From Craspedostauros australis (Eukaryota), in contig JALAGF010003145.1 of NCBI GenBank assembly GCA_030167865.1, positions 116,899-136,898 of the forward strand: 20,000 bases of DNA, read 5' to 3'. The stretch's first letter is position 1. Each line of letters opens with the position of its first letter. Both the position numbers and the translations under genes were made by a program. The notes below the pieces were generated by a model that ran no database searches, was not told the origin of the DNA, and worked only from the letters and a program-made list of their open reading frames with translations. This document shows positions 10,349-20,000 of the stretch, in pieces.

Positions 10349-13300
10349 CTACACTGTGGGGAAGTTTTGATACATGACAACATGGGTCATCAAGGTCAAC
10401 ACACCGACCTTGGAATACGCCTGGGCTGCCTTGCGATACCCAGTTCCGTAGATGTCGTTGTCGTCGGTCTCGATGGAGAAGCGAAAATACTGTCTCAGCT
10501 TTTCATCGGATGGACCAGTGCCGTCGTTGTTCTTCAGGGGAGGCGCAGGGTCCAGCCCGTCGTTCAGAAACAGCAGGGCGATCAGCTGCGCACAACCCTC
10601 TTCCACCTGCGGCGGGATGGGGTTCCGCATGTCGTACTTCGGATGCAGCTTGATCCAAGCATGCGTCGCCTCGTGCGCCAGGACGCTGGCCACCAGATCC
10701 TTGGGCAGACCTGAAAGACAGAGAATCGCCGTGACGCTGGAATCTGGGTTAACCTTGTCCGCGTCCGGGACTTGGAAGTAGGTGAAGCCTCTGGCCTCCT
10801 TGTCGACAGCGCGGAGGCTCATGTTGTTCTTATCGAACTTCATCCTGTTCATTTTGAACCTCTTCCCCGCCTCGTGCTCCGTCAGGCACAGGCCACGGGT
10901 CATGATCTGCAGTGCGCCTCCATGCACGTTTTGCGAGGCGCTCATCTGGTGGTTGAGAGCGTTGTACCCAACGATCAGGATGGGGACCTCGCGAAAGTCT
11001 CTCCAGATGGGCAATTCCAGCTTGGTTTCGAAGAACTCGACGACCTTGTCCCAAAGAGGCTTGGCTTCGGCGCTGTCCAGGATGACGTTCCTGCAGCATG
11101 CCGGACAAACCTTACGGCCAGAGTCGTTGAGGTCGAGGAAGGGAGCGTTCTCCGGCTCGAATCTGTGACATCCCGTGCACCGAGGTGGGAGGTTCGCAGC
11201 ATGGTGCGGACACATTTGCTCGGTGTCAAAGAAGGGATGCTTCACGAAGGAAATCCTTCCATCCTGACCTGCGGGGATCGTATTGGCGCACACTGTGCAC
11301 TTGATGCCGTACAGCTCGGCGTAGCACTTGCGATGAAGCGGTTGCTTCTTCCCTTGCTTCTCAATGTAAGCAAATGTACCTGCGGCGTCGATGGGCTCCT
11401 GGCACTTCAAGCACCGGAAGCATTCCTTGTGGAATTTGCTGTTCAGGGCCGCGATGTGCTGCGAGGGCAAACTACGCACGCACAAGGCGCAGGATCCGGC
11501 TGAGCGGAGTGAAAGGTGCGGACGGCGCGCTGCCGTGGCCTCTGGTATGACAGGAGCGTCCGCACTGATCGAATATGAATAATGCATGGGCCCGGCAGGT
11601 GCACCGACAGTGTCCTTCGGGCGGGCGACCGGTTGCGGCAGCGGATAGGCAACTCGCTTTTGTTCGTTGTTGCCGTCCGCAGTATCAGTTGCTTCGCCGG
11701 ACATCGATCGTTGATTCTCCATTATCGGTGGTCGGTTCGGCAACTCCTTTTGCTGTTGCTGAGACGAGGACGACGATGAGCCATTTCCTCGGTCCTTCCT
11801 GCCCCGGGCACCGAAATTGAAGAGACCGCGCTTCTTCTTGTCCTTCTTCTTTCCTCCCGCCACGGGTTGGGTCGAAGGCGCTGAATCGTCGGGGATGAGA
11901 TCGATTTTTGGTGAATTCCGCTGCGCAACCTGTTGCCACACGGGGTTCTCGGGCGTTGGCGTTGAAGCGCCCGAACGCCTATGCGACGAATCAATGGCGC
12001 TTTCACTGTTGCCTCTCGATGATTGCGTCTGGAGTTGCTGCGGGTTCTGCTGCTGCGATGAGAGGCTGCCGCGTTCAGCTTCTTGCGATGAAGCTGAGCG
12101 CTGCACTGTGATTGGACGTTGGGGGCTGCCTCCTTGGCTTGGGATTGGAGAGCTCCGACTCGCGGCACTTCCCGGCCCTTGGTGCTGCGGATACTCTTGG
12201 CCTTCCGTGACCGGCAAACAGAACTGCGGGATGTTTGGACTGGGTTGGTTGTCATAGGATCGACGGTCCTGCATTGACAAAGCCTGCAGTGAGGTTGCGG
12301 GCATGCCATAGTCGTCGACTCCTTGGTTGTTATGCATCATGGTGCCCTGAGATTGCGATCCGTACGAACCATCAAGCTGTGACCGTGGCGGAGTTGACGT
12401 CTGGGGCTGTGTGTTTCTGGGACTGTGCTGGCTGCCGTTCGGCGGCAAGGTCTGGATATTCCGCAAGCTGGTGCCTGTCTCCGCCATCATCCTCGCCAGC
12501 CGAGCATCCTCCTCTTCTTGTTGTTCTCTGGATTTGCTCGGGCGAGTTGAAAATGAGGAGGAGCCCGTGGTGCTAGTCGTAGCTGTGTGGATGGAATCCT
12601 GCCCAGCCGACGGCCGTTCCGAAAAAGCGATGCTGTTCATGTCGCCAAGTCCCATGGCCTCGAGCTGTTGCAAGCGCTTTGCAATTTCCATGTCCGAATC
12701 TTCACTGTTGGAAGGCGGTGCATTTGTGAATGCACGCGCCTCCATTCCATGAGCCGGCCCTTGATTATGGGCGTTGTACGGCTCATGGGGGTACTGGTTT
12801 GAGTTGGGCATGCGCTGCACCGGCCTGCCAGATGGATCGTACTCCGCGTTCATGTCGATAGGCCTCATCTGTTGCTGGCCCGGATAAGAACGATAGTCTT
12901 GCATGCTTTGTGGTGGATGAGAATTGTTGCGCATCATCTCGGGTTGGTAGTGGTCGCGGGGGTCCATTGGACTGCGACGATCGCGTGGCATGTATTCCTG
13001 TTGGCCGGGGTAGCCGTTCGGCTGTCCCCGCATGGGGCCTGGTCGATTGTTGTGATAGGTAGACGGATGTGTTTCCATCCCTTGGCGTTGGAAGTGCTGC
13101 TGCTGCTGCCGTGGCTGCTGCTGATGGTGGTACTGCGCTTGGCGGTCGTCGGGCATGTATCGCTGGTCGTAGCCTCCATCGCGGAGTTGATGGGAGTCAT
13201 AAGGGACGGTGTGGTCTCGAGGCATCAGATTGCGGTGGCCCATGCCTTGCTGCATCCCCTGACCCATGTTCTGGCCCATCCCCTGGTGCATGCCTTGACG

Positions 13301-13597
13301 CATGCCTTGATGCATTCCCTGATGCCTATCGTTCTGCTGCATGTATTCCCTCGGATCCGGGCGATAGTCAGAGGGGGGAGGCATGTGGCTGTTTCCGTAG
13401 TTCGGTACCGTGTTGTCGTACTGCGACCGCGAATGTTGCTGTTGATATGATTGTTGCTGTTGCTGTTGCTGCTGTTGATATGATTGCTGCTGTTGCTGTT
13501 GCTGCTGTTGCCGCTGTCGTTGCTCGTTGAGGCGCTCCTCCTCCAGAAGCTGCTGCTGCAGCTGCCGGGCGAACGCTTCGTCATCTATCTCCGACAT
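10349..13597 (-). CDS. DA1: DA1/DAR-like LIM-domain zinc metallopeptidase with long Q-rich N-terminus (~1082 aa, intronless)
   Basis: ATG at 13597 (MSEIDDEAF). LIM domain CALC...FHKECFRCLKC...HRKC, LIM-like CTVC...HPFF...CPHH...CTGCHRFE...CPAC, then TRGLCLTE, VTAILCLSGLP, LAHEATHAW (HExxH), VEEGCAQL and IYGTGYR, as in the plant DA1 family peptidase (DUF3633) domain. Confidence 0.9.
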   Translation of the reverse strand: MSEIDDEAFARQLQQQLLEEERLNEQRQRQQQQQQQQQSYQQQQQQQQQSYQQQHSRSQYDNTVPNYGNSHMPPPSDYRPDPREYMQQNDRHQGMHQGMRQGMHQGMGQNMGQGMQQGMGHRNLMPRDHTVPYDSHQLRDGGYDQRYMPDDRQAQYHHQQQPRQQQQHFQRQGMETHPSTYHNNRPGPMRGQPNGYPGQQEYMPRDRRSPMDPRDHYQPEMMRNNSHPPQSMQDYRSYPGQQQMRPIDMNAEYDPSGRPVQRMPNSNQYPHEPYNAHNQGPAHGMEARAFTNAPPSNSEDSDMEIAKRLQQLEAMGLGDMNSIAFSERPSAGQDSIHTATTSTTGSSSFSTRPSKSREQQEEEDARLARMMAETGTSLRNIQTLPPNGSQHSPRNTQPQTSTPPRSQLDGSYGSQSQGTMMHNNQGVDDYGMPATSLQALSMQDRRSYDNQPSPNIPQFCLPVTEGQEYPQHQGPGSAASRSSPIPSQGGSPQRPITVQRSASSQEAERGSLSSQQQNPQQLQTQSSRGNSESAIDSSHRRSGASTPTPENPVWQQVAQRNSPKIDLIPDDSAPSTQPVAGGKKKDKKKRGLFNFGARGRKDRGNGSSSSSSQQQQKELPNRPPIMENQRSMSGEATDTADGNNEQKRVAYPLPQPVARPKDTVGAPAGPMHYSYSISADAPVIPEATAARRPHLSLRSAGSCALCVRSLPSQHIAALNSKFHKECFRCLKCQEPIDAAGTFAYIEKQGKKQPLHRKCYAELYGIKCTVCANTIPAGQDGRISFVKHPFFDTEQMCPHHAANLPPRCTGCHRFEPENAPFLDLNDSGRKVCPACCRNVILDSAEAKPLWDKVVEFFETKLELPIWRDFREVPILIVGYNALNHQMSASQNVHGGALQIMTRGLCLTEHEAGKRFKMNRMKFDKNNMSLRAVDKEARGFTYFQVPDADKVNPDSSVTAILCLSGLPKDLVASVLAHEATHAWIKLHPKYDMRNPIPPQVEEGCAQLIALLFLNDGLDPAPPLKNNDGTGPSDEKLRQYFRFSIETDDNDIYGTGYRKAAQAYSKVGVLTLMTHVVMYQNFPTV
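13238..13324 (-). repeat. coding 12-nt/4-aa repeat (xQGM)x7
   Basis: HQGM HQGM RQGM HQGM GQNM GQGM QQGM in the DA1-like N-terminus. Confidence 0.85.
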
Positions 13598-13887
13598 CTT
13601 ACTATTCGTAGAGCACTCTATTTCCTTCAAGTCTTTCGCACAGCTACCCTCCGAGAGCAGATGTTTGGACTACTCGTCGAGTCTCGGCACACTCACTTTC
13701 GGATAGAGATGCAGACACGACTATGGGTCAGTCGCAAGCAACTCAGCGGCGGATTGTCGCACGTCTCTAACGTCGTTTGTTCTGCGCTGCGATGCGCTGC
13801 TGTCTCTGGGTGCTGATGCTCCAGTGCAATCTTGTTCGTTCGCCTGGCCACAACACCCACGGCACAGACATAAAGACTCCTCCGTAC

Positions 13888-13955
13888 TGCTCGTACTTAT
13901 ACTCGTACTTATACTCGTACTTATACTCGTGATAATACTCGTGATAATACTCGTG
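13888..13955. repeat. 12-bp minisatellite (TACTCGTACTTA / TACTCGTGATAA), six CTCGT cores
   Basis: CTCGT at 13890, 13902, 13914, 13926, 13938 and 13950 with exact 12-nt period. Confidence 0.92.
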
Positions 13956-14843
13956 TGACAACGTAGTGTGCTCTCCTGACGCCTTCACTCTCTGCAATCG
14001 CAAGGCCAAATGCTTGCCTGCTTCCGCCTCTTGGTGCTTCGATCCTTCGATCCTGCCTCTCTCTAGATTTGTGGGTGCGGTTGACACCCGTATCTCCCCT
14101 CTCTCTTGACGAGCAAGCACCGAGGCCTTTTTTGTGCAGAATCAAGGAGAGGTGTGAGGCGAAGCCCCAAACCACTGAAGGAAGGAACCACCCAAGCACC
14201 ACCAACAGAGAGCGCCAGCGATCACAAACGCCACACAGAACAACCAGCAACCAACAACCAACAACAACCAACAACAACCGCGATGCCGTAGCCAAGAAAG
14301 ACATCAAACCAGCGAGAAGAGAACAAAGGATACGATTTCCGCCAACTCAAGACACATTTGCCTCCCTGCTCATGACCGATGTGGTCACGTTGGTCACAAA
14401 TGGTCACAACGGCCGGCTTGGTCGACGCGTTCGAAGAACATCGATGAAAGCGACTGGAATACCTCAGATAGAGTACGCTGAACATAAGATACCACTTGTC
14501 AAGTCTCGTATCCTCCTCCAAACCACGACACTTCAGGATCGCGAACCCTGACAACGCACCAAACACATCATCACCACAACACTCCACAACTTCAAGCTAC
14601 AAGCAACAGGTACGACCACGATCGATCCAACGAACACCAGCACTCTGCCGCTTCCCTTCGGTTGTGCATCTGTACCACCTACGACGACGAGCACACCCTC
14701 CATGATCACATGCAACAACGGACATCGCCATCGTCATAATCGAAGGAAGGGCGGTACTCGTATGTATTTTACCATACTATTATATCATTTCAAGTGCAAT
14801 CAGAACAAGAGAGCACGGAGCGGCGCATAAACCGAAGCAAGCA

Positions 14844-17243
<2,400 letters not shown>

Positions 17244-17589
17244 AGAGGTTGCTCTCATGCAAGTCCGATTCAAAACACTGCTACAGGGCTATACTGTTAC
17301 ATACGTTTACGTGCAAAGCATATTGCCCCGTTCCAAATGAAGCTACAACCGATGCCATCGACAAGGTCGTTACTGAGAATCAACGCCACAACGCAGTTGG
17401 AAAGTGTTGGACGGGCGTCTCCTCCAGCGTACCATTCGTTGTATTAGTACAATACAGAAACAAGGCCATGGTCGAGGTGAACGGTTGCAAGCGAAACAGG
17501 TAGAGAACGTCATTGGCACTTAGACTCTACTTTAATCTGAATGCCTTCCCCCTTCAAACATTGTCTTCACACAAGCATCGAACGCGCGC

Positions 17590-17610
17590 GTTGTTGTTGT
17601 TGTTGTTGTT
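17590..17610 (+). repeat. (GTT)7 microsatellite
   Basis: Read directly; in the convergent intergenic region. Confidence 0.85.
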
Positions 17611-17856
17611 GGCACTGCTGCTGTTGCTTCTGCCCGATTGTTGCTGTTAACATCCTTTCAAAGGCAGGTAGCTTCAATTATGCACTCACATGTCTTCGTA
17701 CGCACGCACGCACGTGCCGTACGAGTATGATGGCGGTCGTCTGTACTCTGTATGGATATGATACGGATATGATACACATATATATGGATCGCTGTCGTCA
17801 TCATCGTCATGGTCATCATCATCACGAATCGTCATGGAATGCGACGGCGTCTGGAC

Positions 17857-18678
17857 TTATCCCCAAAAGTCATCTTCCTCGTTGTCGCTGAACCAGTCTT
17901 CGTTGGATGAGGATGCATGTCCAGGCGCGACGGGGAATGATGCATCGAATGTGGTCTTTTGCTTGAGTTCGTGGATCTCGTCGCGCGCCTCATCCAAATC
18001 GTACTCGAGGGCCGCAATCTTCTCCATCTTCGTCGCCAAATCCCTCTTGAGCTTCATGACATCCTCCACGCTGGCGCCGGACTCGGTGCTCTTCAGGCTC
18101 TTCGAACTCGGCACCCTCTGCGGCTTCCCCCTCATCTTGTGGAGCTGATCCTTGAGGCTGGTGATGTTCTGATTGCTCTCCGCGAGCTTCTTGTTCTGCG
18201 CTTCGTTCTTGCTATCCTCCGTGGCCAGCTTGAGCTCGAGCTCCGCGACTCTGGCCCGCAGCATGCTGACGTCGTCGTTTCCTGGCGCCGTGAACTTTTC
18301 GTAGGCTTTCTTCAACGACTTGACCTCCTCCTTGAGCAGGGACAGGATGTTGTCGCGCTGTTCGATCTCTTTCCTCCGCTGGTGGGCCTTGGTGCGCAGC
18401 GTCTTGAGGCTCATCTCCTGCTTGACGGCCACGCGCTTCAACGCACGCACGGCCTCCTTGAGCTTTTCGTTGCCGTCATTGGCATCTGACAGCCCCAAAT
18501 CCCGAATGGAGCTACTGCCACCGTCTGACGCATCCCCCGATTTCGCCTTCTGCTTGCTGAGATCCTTCTTGAGCCGTCGGTTTTCTTCCTTCGAAAGCTT
18601 CAACGCGGTTTCCAGCTCATAGATCTTCTCCAGCTTCGTCTTTCGCTTCTTCTTGCCGTCCGCACCTTCAGACGACAT
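17857..18678 (-). CDS. hypothetical coiled-coil protein (273 aa) with acidic-aromatic C-terminal tail
   Basis: Clean ATG-to-TAA ORF, K/E/L-rich heptad-like segments through most of its length, GC-rich third codon positions, ending EDWFSDNEEDDFWG. Confidence 0.8.
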   Translation of the reverse strand: MSSEGADGKKKRKTKLEKIYELETALKLSKEENRRLKKDLSKQKAKSGDASDGGSSSIRDLGLSDANDGNEKLKEAVRALKRVAVKQEMSLKTLRTKAHQRRKEIEQRDNILSLLKEEVKSLKKAYEKFTAPGNDDVSMLRARVAELELKLATEDSKNEAQNKKLAESNQNITSLKDQLHKMRGKPQRVPSSKSLKSTESGASVEDVMKLKRDLATKMEKIAALEYDLDEARDEIHELKQKTTFDASFPVAPGHASSSNEDWFSDNEEDDFWG

Positions 18679-18921
18679 GATGTGTGCTGTCTGCCGCGCG
18701 TGTGCTCACGCAAAATCCCAGTCCCACTGCAGCGGCCGTGTTCTGCGTCTGCGGTGTTGTCGCTGTGAACAATAACGAGAGTAGGTTGATCGCTTCTCTC
18801 AACCTCTATGTTCGGTGCTCGATCTCGCAAGCCGCCTTCGTCGTCTCTGTTTCTATCTTCCGCCTTTTCAATGTCGACGCTGATGATGTATCATCCACTG
18901 TTCGCCAGCTGTTCTGGTCTC

Positions 18922-18945
18922 CTTCTTCTTCTTCTTCTTCTTCTT
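18922..18945 (+). repeat. (CTT)8 microsatellite
   Basis: Read directly. Confidence 0.85.
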
Positions 18946-19474
18946 CTCTGTTCAATGATGCATACAGCGCAGCAGCGCAACGCGGAGTATCTGTGGTGGC
19001 TTGGCTAGCAGTCGTATTGTATTATTGATGCAGTAAGAATGGTGCCGGTTCAGTGTCGAGAGAAGCCCTCTCCCAATCCCTCTTTTGCTCTTGGTGCTGT
19101 GCACTAATACGAGTGCAAAGCTTCCTCTTGTATTATTCTATGAGCTATTGTAGGTATGTTTGGTTGCGCAAGGCAACTATTGGAGCGAAACCAGTCACGA
19201 GGACTCGGCTGAGTCACGAGCAGCAGCAAACGACAACAGCCACAGAAAAGGCACAGAAGGTGCAACGCAAAGAAAAGGAAAAAGAAACAAACCGGACACA
19301 ATCCGCAAATCAACACACTAAGATACGACTTTATACCTACCACCGTCTCCGTTTCAATAGTTTATCAGGCTTTCCGCTCCGTCGCTTTTGCTTTGGACAT
19401 ACAACCCCGTCGCTTGGTACACAGCGCGACCCGTTGGCCGTTTTCCCGTTGAGCAGGTTTGCGTTGAGGGAGCG

Positions 19475-19485
19475 NNNNNNNNNNN
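19475..19485. other. assembly gap (11 N)
   Basis: Run of n characters. Confidence 0.99.
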
Positions 19486-19575
19486 GTCGACACAGCTGCC
19501 GGTTGAGGGTTTTCCATCGCATCCGTCGTCGGTTCACGGGGGGTTTCCTGGTGCTGCTGCTGAAAGCGAGCAAGG

Positions 19576-20000
19576 ATGAGCCGAGCGTCGGATGATGTGT
19601 CGCTGAGCGGGTTGCTGGATTCACCAATCCGGCTCCCAGCCGAACCACCTCCAGTCACCGTCGATGTGTTGGATTACCTCACAAAGACCCTTGGATTTTC
19701 TGAGGCGTTCGTGACTCTCGTACCGCTCTTCGAACAGAGCGAACTGGATGAAGGACTCAACAAAGACCGCATCATGATCATGTTGCTCTTCCATGCTGGA
19801 CGACCACTGACGTCCGTCCTCGCAGAACTCCACTACCCTGTGGCCACCATCGCACTACGCATGGATTTCAAACGACTGTTTGCACTCCACGAAGTCAACA
19901 AGGTCCGCAAGTTCCTGACGACAGACGATGGCGTAACTACCGTCAACTACACGCTACTGGATGCAACCGAGCTGCGCGCTGCAACCATGCAGTACGAGTA
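19576..20000 (+). CDS. unidentified ORF, 3'-truncated by the window edge (absent from the ORF track)
   Basis: ATG at 19576, open for 141 codons to the edge: MSRASDDVSLSGLLDSPIRLPAEPPPVTVDVLDYLTKTLGFSEAFVTLVPLFEQSELDEGLNKDRIMIMLLFHAGRPLTSVLAELHYPVATIALRMDFKRLFALHEVNKVRKFLTTDDGVTTVNYTLLDATELRAATMQYE; no recognised domain. Confidence 0.5.
   Translation, partial: MSRASDDVSLSGLLDSPIRLPAEPPPVTVDVLDYLTKTLGFSEAFVTLVPLFEQSELDEGLNKDRIMIMLLFHAGRPLTSVLAELHYPVATIALRMDFKRLFALHEVNKVRKFLTTDDGVTTVNYTLLDATELRAATMQYE

Noticed and set aside
7948..13450. Long antisense ORFs (7948-9114 minus, 10772-11503 plus, 12872-13450 plus)
   Set aside because: Shadow ORFs of GC-rich real genes, with no domain signal.
13888..13955. 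12-bp array as a CRISPR array or telomeric repeat
   Set aside because: No unique spacers, unit far too short, no cas genes, eukaryotic context, and not a TTAGGG-type repeat.
13767..14551. ORFs 13767-14120 (HEYY/KYEY repeats) and 14069-14551
   Set aside because: Translations of the minisatellite and CAA-rich intergenic DNA with non-ATG starts; no protein-like features.

Overview
Gene-dense eukaryotic nuclear DNA with short GT-AG introns and microsatellite-rich spacers. It is probably from a stramenopile alga, most likely a diatom (inferred from a signal-peptide + Phe bipartite leader, a galactolipid synthase and a plant-type HPPD). In order: the spliced 5' end of an ABCB-type ABC transporter (minus, running off the left edge), an RNF10/Mag2-like RING E3 ligase, a THUMPD3-like RNA m2G methyltransferase, a two-exon digalactosyldiacylglycerol synthase, a DA1-like LIM + HExxH metallopeptidase (minus), a four-exon 4-hydroxyphenylpyruvate dioxygenase, a coiled-coil protein (minus), an 11-nt assembly gap, and an unidentified ORF running off the right edge. 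No CRISPR, RNA gene or clear mobile element was seen, and I cannot support a wholly new multi-gene system. The best leads are: a DA1 homologue with three MIU-like ubiquitin-binding motifs and a prion-like N-terminus; an HPPD with an apparent complex-plastid targeting leader; and an over-represented TACGAGTA/TACTCGTA 8-mer that also forms a 12-bp tandem array in a divergent promoter.
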